Shown: one piece after another, positions 55,227 through 64,000 of the stretch
Layout of the letters: each line of letters starts with the position of its first letter
Position numbering within the stretch: position 1 is the stretch's first letter
IMG/VR virus record: IMGVR_UViG_3300001528_000378
Coordinates: 64,001 to 128,000 of that record
DNA length: 64,000 bases
Reading direction: 5' to 3' (one strand)
Origin: a virus
Lineage: Duplodnaviria > Caudoviricetes
Program-made: the position numbers and the translations under genes
Notes under the pieces: generated by a model
The model's input: only the letters and a program-made list of their open reading frames with translations
Databases searched by the model: none
What the model was told of the DNA's origin: nothing

Positions 55227-57845
55227 CTACCCAACGATAGCATAGAAAGTGCTGTCATCCTTAGTTTTTAATGCGTCATATTCAGCTTGTGTAAGTTTAA
55301 CAATTTTTGTTACATTATCAGAAGTAACGGCTTTTGTTGGAATAAGTGCAGTTACATTATCAATGTCGTGAAATACAGCATCTGCAAGAGCATTCACCGT
55401 TGTAGTAATTTCTTTGCTGTTATAGGTATAGGTTGTTTCAATGTCCGCACCCGTAAGCGTGATAGCACCTGTCTTACCATTAACAGAGATATCATCTACT
55501 GTAGCAATTTGCTTGCCATTTAAGGTTGCCAAACCTTTCCCACCACTGTTAGGGTTTACCGTATTAATGTTAAAATCGCTCGCCTGTATTTCGGTCTTTT
55601 GGTCATAATTACTAAATTGCATAGTTCCTGACGAACTTCCTGCAATTCGCTGATTAGTTGTGCTATATAATGAACTAACCCGAGCGAGGCTAGTAAAATC
55701 AATTTGTTCGGTAAAAGTTTTTCTCGCCGTGATATCTTGGTAAGTGTCCATGGTGACCATGTTAGTAGGAGCAGTACCTGCTTCACCTTTCAAACCAGTA
55801 AAAGCAAAATCAAAAGTCCTTGCTGACGCTGTACCGCCTAATGTCACTGTTACATTTGGAGTTCCCGTGGTTTCATCTACTGTTGCTGTAGCTGCTGTAA
55901 TAGTGGCATTTGTTCCTGGATCACCTTTCGGTCCAGTTTCACCTTGTTTACCTTGTGGTCCTTGTTCACCAGTCTCACCCTTTGGGCCTGTTGCGCCTGT
56001 GGCACCAGTATCACCTTTATCTCCTTTGGCTCCTTTTTCCACCCAATCAGTCCAAGTTTCTGATCCGCTAGCACAAGTGCGAATAAAAACTTTATTTGTT
56101 GAGTTATTTGAAGGTAAACAAATTTGAGCATAATAACCGCTAGCGGTACGCACAACTATTAACCCAAAAGCGTCAACGTTTTCTGGTCCATTTAAACACT
56201 TATTTGACCCGCCCGCATAATATTTACCCTCAGCTTGTACTGTGTTTAAATCAGTACCACCAGCAATTTCTTGAGCATTTGCAGATAAAACACTATTTTT
56301 CAAAACTAATCCATCACCAACCGTGAAAGCGTTTTGTTTAGTTTTTAACCCATTAGTTAAAGCAGTGTTTGTAGCATAATCGCCTTTATCTTGTTTAGAT
56401 TCTACTTCTGTTTTAGTAGCATAATTTTTTGCTGTTAACTCTGTTTCAGTTACATATTCCTCAGGAATAGCAGTTAAGAAGCCAGAATCATTTGTAAGTT
56501 GTGAAGTCTTTGTAATAGCATTGTTAATTGCTACTTTACCAGTAGGCTCTGCTACTGAATACGGTTGTGTTGGTGGTACGAAGTTTTCTGTATAACGAAC
56601 TATGTCGGAAATACGGAGTTCGTCTATATACCATGGTGTGCGTCCATTAAAATTACAAAGGTTAAAATCAGCTAATGGATAATCTGTAGTTCTGTCATCT
56701 ACTTTTATACCATTAAGAAATGCAGAGATCTTCTTTTCATTTACACTGTATGTAAAAGCAACATGATTCCATGTATTATATTCAATCATTGGCGACAAAT
56801 TCAAGTATTTTCCTGAACCGTTAGTTACTGCTACATAGAGCTGACTACTATTGACACCAATGAGTGTTTGAGCACTATGTCCTACAAAATTTCCGTACCA
56901 TGCTAAATTTACATTGACACTTGTAAGTAAAATAAAGAAATCAATAGTGAAATCTTTTGTATGATCTAATGTAAGTAATGTACCAGTGCTGGAAGGCGAA
57001 TTGAATGAATAGCCGTGCGTCCCAAACTTATGGTCCACAATTAACGAACCATTTGGCATATCTAGTGAATTTACAACATCTTTCAAATCTCCATCAAAAT
57101 GCCAGCAAGCCAAAGTATGTTCGTCAATACCGCCTTCGGGTAATACCTCGTCAATAGTAATATTTTTACCAGATACCAAATTTGAAGCAGTATAGACATT
57201 TACTGGCAAATCACTCTTTAACGCGAAAATCTGGTCGTTTAATACCCTATAACCAACGTAATCTACGCGAATAACACCAGTTTCGCTCAAATGAACATCA
57301 GCCAAAGGACCTGCTTTTGTAGGAGTTCTCCAAACATTACCGTCATCGTTTGATTTAAATTGCCACTTACCAACTTCAGGACTAAACCAGGCCAAGTATG
57401 CTTCTTGTCCGTTTTCTGGTTCCTCCTTTTGATAGTAAACTGCTTCTGCTTCTTTAATAACACCATCAGCTAAAAACAAAGTTACATCAGAGGTGCTGTT
57501 AATTGTATACTTGATATCGCTACCAATTTGAGTTTTGGTATCACTACCTGGCATCAGCAATTGAATACCTGCTTTTACTGTTACTTCTTTACTATCAGAA
57601 GCATAAGTAATCAAACCGTTTTGGGCATTAATGATACCATATTTAGAAGCGTAATCACCTTTAATACCATTATTATCAGTATCAGAAGTAATGCCTAAAT
57701 CTTTTTTAGTAGTATCCTTAGTTAAGACCACACCATCAATAGCAGGTTTGTTTGTTAAATCGTCATAATTGGTAGTTCCACCCTTACCACCATTGGAATT
57801 AAATGAGAAGCTACCTAGAAATTTTGTAGTTTTTGTCTTTTCCAT
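55227..57845 (-). CDS. tail fibre with LamG and collagen segments
   Basis: [27 protein letters not shown], Gly-[24 protein letters not shown]. Confidence 0.88.
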   Translation of the reverse strand: MEKTKTTKFLGSFSFNSNGGKGGTTNYDDLTNKPAIDGVVLTKDTTKKDLGITSDTDNNGIKGDYASKYGIINAQNGLITYASDSKEVTVKAGIQLLMPGSDTKTQIGSDIKYTINSTSDVTLFLADGVIKEAEAVYYQKEEPENGQEAYLAWFSPEVGKWQFKSNDDGNVWRTPTKAGPLADVHLSETGVIRVDYVGYRVLNDQIFALKSDLPVNVYTASNLVSGKNITIDEVLPEGGIDEHTLACWHFDGDLKDVVNSLDMPNGSLIVDHKFGTHGYSFNSPSSTGTLLTLDHTKDFTIDFFILLTSVNVNLAWYGNFVGHSAQTLIGVNSSQLYVAVTNGSGKYLNLSPMIEYNTWNHVAFTYSVNEKKISAFLNGIKVDDRTTDYPLADFNLCNFNGRTPWYIDELRISDIVRYTENFVPPTQPYSVAEPTGKVAINNAITKTSQLTNDSGFLTAIPEEYVTETELTAKNYATKTEVESKQDKGDYATNTALTNGLKTKQNAFTVGDGLVLKNSVLSANAQEIAGGTDLNTVQAEGKYYAGGSNKCLNGPENVDAFGLIVVRTASGYYAQICLPSNNSTNKVFIRTCASGSETWTDWVEKGAKGDKGDTGATGATGPKGETGEQGPQGKQGETGPKGDPGTNATITAATATVDETTGTPNVTVTLGGTASARTFDFAFTGLKGEAGTAPTNMVTMDTYQDITARKTFTEQIDFTSLARVSSLYSTTNQRIAGSSSGTMQFSNYDQKTEIQASDFNINTVNPNSGGKGLATLNGKQIATVDDISVNGKTGAITLTGADIETTYTYNSKEITTTVNALADAVFHDIDNVTALIPTKAVTSDNVTKIVKLTQAEYDALKTKDDSTFYAIVG

Positions 57846-57847
57846 AG

Positions 57848-58138
57848 TTAACCCTCAATTTCAATATGCAAATCAGTGGAACCTTTTAAGCAACGAGCAA
57901 ACACTTTTCCAGTAGTAAGTTTCAACCCACACTGTTCTTTCGATTCTACTTCCAAACCCTTGGTAACTGTATCTTCTGGTTTTTCAGTAGTATTTAAAAA
58001 TAAAACAGGTAATCCACCACAATTTACTAAATAGTAGTTAGAATCACTCTTAAAAGTGAATGCTTCACCATTCACATTAGAAATTAAATCCTCTAAATTT
58101 ACCCAGTCTTTATTTACTGTAACATTTGCAACGTGCAT
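57848..58138 (-). CDS. hypothetical virion-region protein
   Basis: GGAG RBS. Confidence 0.65.
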   Translation of the reverse strand: MHVANVTVNKDWVNLEDLISNVNGEAFTFKSDSNYYLVNCGGLPVLFLNTTEKPEDTVTKGLEVESKEQCGLKLTTGKVFARCLKGSTDLHIEIEG

Positions 58139-58149
58139 AATATCTCCAA

Positions 58150-58683
58150 TTAAAAATCACTTAATAAAATTTGTTTCCAAGAAGTACCATCACTAAAAGC
58201 CAAACAATTTTTGTCTGACACATAAACAATACTAAAAGAAAAATCTTCTGGATTTGGTAATTCTTCAAAAGTATAAGAAGTTGGTTTATTGAGTTTTGTT
58301 TCTTCCAAATCGTTTTTATACTTTTCTACATTTTCAATACTTTCTTTTAAATCTAATGCTTCTTGTAATCCAGCAATAGCATCTATTGGGTGTTGCCCCT
58401 CTAAATCAAGATTTATAAGTTTTGAGTGGTCATCTGTAGATAATTCTACTTGTTCACTCCCACAAGTATTTAATTCAAGTAGATATTCTGCAATCTGAGC
58501 CTTTGTTTTCTCAGAATACATTTTATATCTAAATGGATGACAATCACCCTTTCTAAATAAAGTAAGTATATCCCCATTAAATTCCAACTTGGAGATATAC
58601 TTTTTATCAAAAATTAAACCGTCAATCCTCATATACCTTCTTGGAATATAGGTATTAGAGGTTGCTGAACAGGAACAGGACAT
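58150..58683 (-). CDS. fibre-like protein
   Basis: DHSKLINL..QHPIDAIAGLQEALD..LAFSDGTSWK. Confidence 0.65.
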   Translation of the reverse strand: MSCSCSATSNTYIPRRYMRIDGLIFDKKYISKLEFNGDILTLFRKGDCHPFRYKMYSEKTKAQIAEYLLELNTCGSEQVELSTDDHSKLINLDLEGQHPIDAIAGLQEALDLKESIENVEKYKNDLEETKLNKPTSYTFEELPNPEDFSFSIVYVSDKNCLAFSDGTSWKQILLSDF

Positions 58684-58695
58684 TATTCTTCCCCT

Positions 58696-58848
58696 TTAAA
58701 TTTCTTCGATAACAACCCTGTATTTTTTGGTTTTTCTATCTTTGCTTTCTAATTCAGCCGTTTGCTGAAACATATCAAGCAAGGTTTTTACACCTTCTAT
58801 ATCCTCAATACAGTATATTGCTTCGACATCTAAAAATGTTTTTGTCAT
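58696..58848 (-). CDS. 50-aa hypothetical protein
   Basis: MTKTFLDVEAIYC..VIEEI; AGGAG RBS. Confidence 0.55.
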   Translation of the reverse strand: MTKTFLDVEAIYCIEDIEGVKTLLDMFQQTAELESKDRKTKKYRVVIEEI

Positions 58849-58901
58849 GAACTCTCCTAAGGATAATCCTTTTGGTTTCCCGCTTTATATAAAATTAACT
58901 T

Positions 58902-59378
58902 TTACGGGCTTAACATCCCATCGTTCAGACGGTAGTTTTGTTCTCCATACTCTTTTTGTATGGACCTCAATAGAGAGGTGATTTCATCTTTATGCAAATC
59001 CCTCTGATAAATATATAAATGTAAACCTAAATTGTATAATTCTGATATATTTATTGTTGAATCATATATTGTTTTAACTCCCTTATCCAAGAAGGGTTTA
59101 TAATTTAAGGATTCCGTTATGGCAATTTTATACCCACTTAATTTAGGTACTTGTTCCATATCCTCATAATCATCTGTTAAAAATATATAAATATCTTTAT
59201 CTTTTGGTATGTTATCAAAATTACTTATATACACAAAAAAATCTTCCCTATTAGAAAGAAATTTGTATAATAACCTACCAAAATAGGTATTATTATCGAC
59301 AATACAAATAGATACAATACAAGGTTTCATATTAAAATGCCACACTAGGTAGTGGCCAACCGTGCTTTCTTTAGCCAA
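58902..59378 (-). CDS. receiver-like protein (likely start MKPCI)
   Basis: ICIVDNNTYF..DIYIF..KIAIT..KGVK pattern. Confidence 0.5.
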   Translation of the reverse strand: MAKESTVGHYLVWHFNMKPCIVSICIVDNNTYFGRLLYKFLSNREDFFVYISNFDNIPKDKDIYIFLTDDYEDMEQVPKLSGYKIAITESLNYKPFLDKGVKTIYDSTINISELYNLGLHLYIYQRDLHKDEITSLLRSIQKEYGEQNYRLNDGMLSP

Positions 59379-59421
59379 GCATTCAGATAGCTACTGCATC
59401 CAGTCGTGCAGTCGACACAAA

Positions 59422-59685
59422 TTATTTTAACAGCATTAATACATCTTCTTTTTTAAGAACTATGTAATCTTCACCCTCAATAGTGATTTCTACACCAAGC
59501 ATAGCAGGCCAAACAACTTTATCACCCTTTTTAATATCACTTTTAACTTCTTCACTAATTTCAACAACAGTACCAATATAAGGTTTTTTCTTTGCTGTAT
59601 CTGGAATAATTAATCCATTTACTTCTTTCTGTTTCTCATCAGTATCTACTTTAACAATTAAAAAATCATTTAATGGTTTCATCAT
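59422..59685 (-). CDS. groES: co-chaperonin GroES
   Basis: KPLNDFLIV, GLIIPDTAK, GTVV, KKGDKV, GEDYIVLKKEDVL. Confidence 0.93.
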   Translation of the reverse strand: MMKPLNDFLIVKVDTDEKQKEVNGLIIPDTAKKKPYIGTVVEISEEVKSDIKKGDKVVWPAMLGVEITIEGEDYIVLKKEDVLMLLK

Positions 59686-59714
59686 ATCATATACCTTTTC
59701 TAGTAAAACTAATA

Positions 59715-62700
59715 TTATTTTTTATCTGCTTGCTTTAAATCGACAAACTTGCGCCTCTTAAACTCCCAGTCACGACGAACAGGGTTCCAGTCCTCAACTT
59801 TTGTAAAAAATCCAATTACACGAGAATAGTGGTCAAAGGATTTGTTACCACATTTAGGACAAATACTTGCATTTCCAACAACAACATTGTGGCACTCTCT
59901 ACACTGACTATATACTACATTAATAGCAAAGTGTTCACAACCACACTCAACTGCATGTAGAATAATATTTTTAGCCTGAGCGGATGTTACCTTACTATTT
60001 GCTTGAGCATGAACAATACCACCACCAGACAATAATTGGTTATATTTTCCATCTATATCTAACCTTTCATAAATAGTTGCATCATGCCATAACGCACAAA
60101 ATTGGTTTGCATACAAGGGGTCTAAATTATATGGATTACCATAAATTAACTTATCTGCATCAGCCAAACGAACTCCAAAACTTTCAGCAGGGATTTGCTC
60201 CACATTAAAAATAATACCATTTTCTTTAGAGTATTTTCTGCACATCTCATTAAACTTGACTAGAATATCACCCATATAATCAAAGTCATTTTTACCATAC
60301 TTTTGTAAAATAATTTGCTGTGCTTCAACAATACCAAGAACACCAAAAGTGCTAAACATATGACTCATGTTAATCCAACCATTTTTTAAAAATGGTTCTA
60401 ATCCAATAGCACTTAATTTTTTAATTAATACTTTATGTGCCTTTAAAATTTTTGCAGCAGATTCCACACGTTTATCCAATAGTTTCAAGTACTCATCATA
60501 ATTATTGGTTTCATACGCCAAACGAGTAAAATTAATTGTAACAACTCTATGTGATCCAAGAGAAATATTACTACCACCAAAACTATTAACCGAAGCACCC
60601 ATATCCATTAGTTCTGTGTTATTTATCATCCGGCAATTATGCGTAATAATACCATTTGCAATTTGGAACAGGTGATTGTCATTTTCTACTGTAAAATCAT
60701 ACACATGCACACCCTTTTTAGTTTTTATATGTTCAATTTTTTCAATTTGAATACCATAATAGTCACCAAAATCACTTAACACAGTGGATTTAGAAAGAGC
60801 ACCTCTTCCATTTCTCCAATCCTGTAATGGTTTTAATTTAAGTTTATCATTGTGCATAATTGAAATAACACAATCATTTCCATTACTACCATTTCTATAA
60901 CCACATCTAATATTTACAGAGTTTGCAAGAGCAACCAAATCCATACCTAGTTCTTTATTGGCAATATGGATAGATACATAATCACCCCTCATATTATCAC
61001 AAGTATGACCATTACCTTCAATAAAACCCTCTAAAAATCCAATTCTAAAATCATAACTCATATTAAAAATTCTAGAACGTAAACGCTTATCGGTACATAA
61101 GTTCCCAACAAAGAAATCTCTCATTGTAGCATGAGCCATTCTACTATTGATGGATACTCTTGTTGAATTTGGCCAAATGTCAGAAACTGTGACATTGGTT
61201 GTTGCTGCTAATCTATCTTTGGAAAAATTTACTACAAAATCTTGTAGTTCTTTTTCTTCAGTATGAAAGGAAAGTGCAATATCAGTATTACGTCTTATAT
61301 CATACTGACCCTCTGCCCCAAATAACCCTACAAAACGTCCAAAATCGCGGTCACCCCCGAGAATACTATCATAGGAAATATTCTTGGATACAGGAAGCAT
61401 ATCCCCAACTTTTAAGTCATTAGCTTGAACTTCTACCAAAGATCCATTATTTAATACTTTTACAGATGGGTGGTCAAGTGTTGTTGTTATAACTAACCCA
61501 CTTTTCAGAGTCACTTTATTCAAAGTTCTATTTTCATTTAAGATTGAAAATCCATTGGTTATTTTAGTAAAACCATTCGCACCCATAATCTCAATTACTT
61601 TATTTTCTTTGGATTTATCCCATATATCAAATAACTGTTTTACAGTAATATAACGCACATAACCATCCACCCTTGCGATCACTTTTGTTGTTGAAGTTAA
61701 GCAGCAGCTTGCTATTTTCGTACCATAGGAAGTGAAAATATTATACTTGGAAATATCCTTAGTTAGCATATAGGACAGCAACTCATTATCCTTACTTAAC
61801 TCATCTTTTCCTGTCTCTTCATTTTTATGCTTTGAAAAATTTACAGTAACAACAGGAAATCTATAATTAATTCCACCGTTAATTGTATCCCCTTTATCAA
61901 AGAAATCTACAAAGATTTTTTGTAATTCAAACACATAATCTTTTACAAAATTTTTATAGTCTTCATTTGAAAGTTTATATTCTTCCCCACCCAAATTATT
62001 ATCTACACGAACCTGAACTTTATTTGGGAAAAGCCATCCATAGTTTTCATCAGACAAAAATGTATCTAATTTTTCTTTATCAAAAATAGAGATATTTGTA
62101 AATGGGCTTTCATTCCCATTACGAGATAAAAAGTTCACTGAGTGAACAAACTGTTGAAATTCATTCTCAATACGTTTTCTTACTACTTTATCTTCCTTAA
62201 TAGAGGATAAGGGAATACGCTCTTTGTAAATCAATAAGTGAGCACAGTCTGTAAAAAATGAACCAATAGCAACTGCACCAGCCAAATGAGAGGCGAGCTG
62301 GTGCACTGTTTCACACAAGGCAGAAATATAAGAGGATAAACGCTTTGATGGCTTTGAAGGAAGTGTACCAAAATCACGTCCAGTAGTAATTAATTTTGAA
62401 GCATCAATAGCATAGCAATATGGGATCAAAATATTAGAACTATCTGATAGACCCAATGAGAAGTCATACATCTCTCCACATAACCGTTTTGCTTCGTCTT
62501 GGCCATATAATTCTTTCATTGTACGATAAAGCATATCATACCCAATAATTTTATCTGCTGGTAATTCCAAGTCCTTTAAGACACCCTTGATACTCTTCTC
62601 ACCCTTATTAGCATTTGCATCAATAGAGATATCATTGATGTTAGAACTCATATATTTTGAAAACCCATTAATAAAATCAAAATTGTCTTCATGTAATCCA

Positions 62701-62942
62701 TGAATTTTGAGTAAACCGTCAACAATAGATTTTAATTCACCATTTGTTTTACCATATTTTTTCTTTAATGTTTTAACTAATGTTTCTCTGATATTTTTGA
62801 TAGTTCTGGTTGTACCAGCGTCCGCAAATGTTTTATCAGTAATCTTATCTAGTTCTGCTTGATACTGCTTATCATCTAAATCTTGAATATATTTATCATT
62901 ATAATTAACTTTAATAGGCTTTTTTACCAATTCATTTTCCAT
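59715..62942 (-). CDS. nrdD: anaerobic ribonucleoside-triphosphate reductase with intein
   Basis: PYC, ESPFTN, FPVVT, ASC|CR, EQIPAES, CxxC..CxxC, glycyl radical SRVIGF. Confidence 0.96.
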   Translation of the reverse strand: MENELVKKPIKVNYNDKYIQDLDDKQYQAELDKITDKTFADAGTTRTIKNIRETLVKTLKKKYGKTNGELKSIVDGLLKIHGLHEDNFDFINGFSKYMSSNINDISIDANANKGEKSIKGVLKDLELPADKIIGYDMLYRTMKELYGQDEAKRLCGEMYDFSLGLSDSSNILIPYCYAIDASKLITTGRDFGTLPSKPSKRLSSYISALCETVHQLASHLAGAVAIGSFFTDCAHLLIYKERIPLSSIKEDKVVRKRIENEFQQFVHSVNFLSRNGNESPFTNISIFDKEKLDTFLSDENYGWLFPNKVQVRVDNNLGGEEYKLSNEDYKNFVKDYVFELQKIFVDFFDKGDTINGGINYRFPVVTVNFSKHKNEETGKDELSKDNELLSYMLTKDISKYNIFTSYGTKIASCCLTSTTKVIARVDGYVRYITVKQLFDIWDKSKENKVIEIMGANGFTKITNGFSILNENRTLNKVTLKSGLVITTTLDHPSVKVLNNGSLVEVQANDLKVGDMLPVSKNISYDSILGGDRDFGRFVGLFGAEGQYDIRRNTDIALSFHTEEKELQDFVVNFSKDRLAATTNVTVSDIWPNSTRVSINSRMAHATMRDFFVGNLCTDKRLRSRIFNMSYDFRIGFLEGFIEGNGHTCDNMRGDYVSIHIANKELGMDLVALANSVNIRCGYRNGSNGNDCVISIMHNDKLKLKPLQDWRNGRGALSKSTVLSDFGDYYGIQIEKIEHIKTKKGVHVYDFTVENDNHLFQIANGIITHNCRMINNTELMDMGASVNSFGGSNISLGSHRVVTINFTRLAYETNNYDEYLKLLDKRVESAAKILKAHKVLIKKLSAIGLEPFLKNGWINMSHMFSTFGVLGIVEAQQIILQKYGKNDFDYMGDILVKFNEMCRKYSKENGIIFNVEQIPAESFGVRLADADKLIYGNPYNLDPLYANQFCALWHDATIYERLDIDGKYNQLLSGGGIVHAQANSKVTSAQAKNIILHAVECGCEHFAINVVYSQCRECHNVVVGNASICPKCGNKSFDHYSRVIGFFTKVEDWNPVRRDWEFKRRKFVDLKQADKK
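60636..61703 (-). mobile_element. 356-aa intein with LAGLIDADG endonuclease domain
   Basis: Starts CLTSTT, TLDHP block B, VGLFGAEG and LEGFIEGNG, VYDFTV, ends IITHN before Cys. Confidence 0.93.
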
Positions 62943-62953
62943 TTCAATTACCT

Positions 62954-63454
62954 CTAAAAATAATAAATCCCATTATGTGAAACTAACTCTAAAAATTCAT
63001 TATATAACTCTTGATTTGAAGTTGCAAATTGAATATAGGTATCTGTTTTTTTAGAACCAATAAATTTTGTTTTATCAAAAATACCACACTTGATAAACTT
63101 AAATCCACTTAAATTTAATTTTTTTACTTCGTCTAACAGTGCACCTGTATAGATACATATATCAAACTTACTTCCTAAATTATACAAAATTTTTCTTGTT
63201 AAGTCAACATTTTTTTTATAGAGTGGATCTCCCCCACACAAAACAACTTTGTTTGTTTTAAGACGATTACTATAATTAATTATACCATCAATAACAGCAT
63301 TCTCGTCTAATGGTGTGTAATCTTTCAATGAAGTATTCTGACAACCATCACAGTTTCTATCACAACCACTAAAATAGAAAATAGTTGATATACTGCTATT
63401 ATCTGGGTATTCTAGAAAAGTTGATTCTATGTTAAGCATCCAATTTCTCCACAA
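62954..63454 (-). CDS. nrdG: anaerobic RNR activating enzyme (radical SAM)
   Basis: CDRNCDGC, GGDP, IYTG, IKCG, ATSNQ. Confidence 0.92.
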   Translation of the reverse strand: MWRNWMLNIESTFLEYPDNSSISTIFYFSGCDRNCDGCQNTSLKDYTPLDENAVIDGIINYSNRLKTNKVVLCGGDPLYKKNVDLTRKILYNLGSKFDICIYTGALLDEVKKLNLSGFKFIKCGIFDKTKFIGSKKTDTYIQFATSNQELYNEFLELVSHNGIYYF

Positions 63455-63893
63455 TGTTATTGCATGAGTTAACTTTTACATCTAAACCGTCTTCGATGGC
63501 TTGAACCTGATTATCAGATATTTTTACACCAATTCTAGCCTTTAAGTCTTTTGTTTTGATTAAAAACCAGTTTATTTTATCATCATATTTGTATTTTTTC
63601 TTTTTAGGTTTTTTACTAGCTTTGCTAACTTTACTAGCTAAATTAACATCCGATTCAAGTTTTTTTACATAAAGTCTACACTTCTCAACAAACAAGTCAA
63701 TATCAGATAATTTTAATGTTTCGAACCCTTTTTCGTGAAAAAAAGGAAAGCAAGTGCTGTTGAAGGTCAGAGTTATGCTATCATCAGCTCCATAGAGAAC
63801 ATATACACGAGGTTCAATGGTAGAACTCTCACGACCCAACAATACCTTTGCTTTCTTTCCAAGTGTTAAAAATTCCTGTATCTTGTCTTGCAT
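63432..63893 (-). CDS. hypothetical protein
   Basis: 153-aa ORF behind a promoter at ~63950-63976. Confidence 0.6.
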   Translation of the reverse strand: MQDKIQEFLTLGKKAKVLLGRESSTIEPRVYVLYGADDSITLTFNSTCFPFFHEKGFETLKLSDIDLFVEKCRLYVKKLESDVNLASKVSKASKKPKKKKYKYDDKINWFLIKTKDLKARIGVKISDNQVQAIEDGLDVKVNSCNNIVEKLDA

Positions 63894-64000
63894 ATTATAC
63901 CAAAATGTAAACTAAAAATATTTTCCCTATTCAAATCGTCTAAGGATATTGTAACATATTTTTAGAAAAATGTCAAGCCCTAATTTTAGGTTCAAAAAGC

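Noticed and set aside
746-62089. Other plus-strand ORFs in the track
   Set aside because: Nearly all are antisense shadows of minus-strand genes or tRNAs (e.g. 37388-37723, 44668-44931, 52582-52962)
1-64000. Genome-wide TAG reassignment
   Set aside because: Genes are intact under code 11 and many end at TAG at natural C-termini; only 51355 looks internal

Overview
A 64-kb segment of a large, AT-rich, lytic-type dsDNA tailed phage. Essentially all real genes are on the minus strand and use the standard genetic code. No integrase or cas genes are visible. In transcription order (right to left) it contains: nrdG and nrdD (class III RNR with a LAGLIDADG intein), groES, collagen/LamG tail-fibre genes, four clustered DNA methyltransferases, a ~6.6-kb RNA island (37.4-44.0 kb), small middle genes, a ~2.8-kb almost non-coding block, a run of small early-type genes, then ruvB, anti-defence-type genes (Lar-like, Panacea), metK plus a methyltransferase, primase, glyA, an AAA+/M41 protease, dUTPase, a NusG paralog, the PNK-phosphatase-ligase RNA repair enzyme and thyX. 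The RNA island holds 8 tRNAs, several with rewired elbows, plus many unexplained structured RNAs. The most unusual observations are: (1) two tRNA-shaped RNAs whose anticodon arm is replaced by an invariant kink-turn-like helix; (2) a battery of 14 co-oriented, exactly 17-bp-spaced sigma70 promoters, 10 of them in ~680 bp with no gene between them; (3) a ~650-nt ornate ncRNA candidate plus several smaller pseudoknotted RNAs among the tRNAs; (4) an in-frame amber codon splitting a virion-protein gene (readthrough candidate). All RNA structures were paired by eye and product names come from motif recognition; no searches were run.
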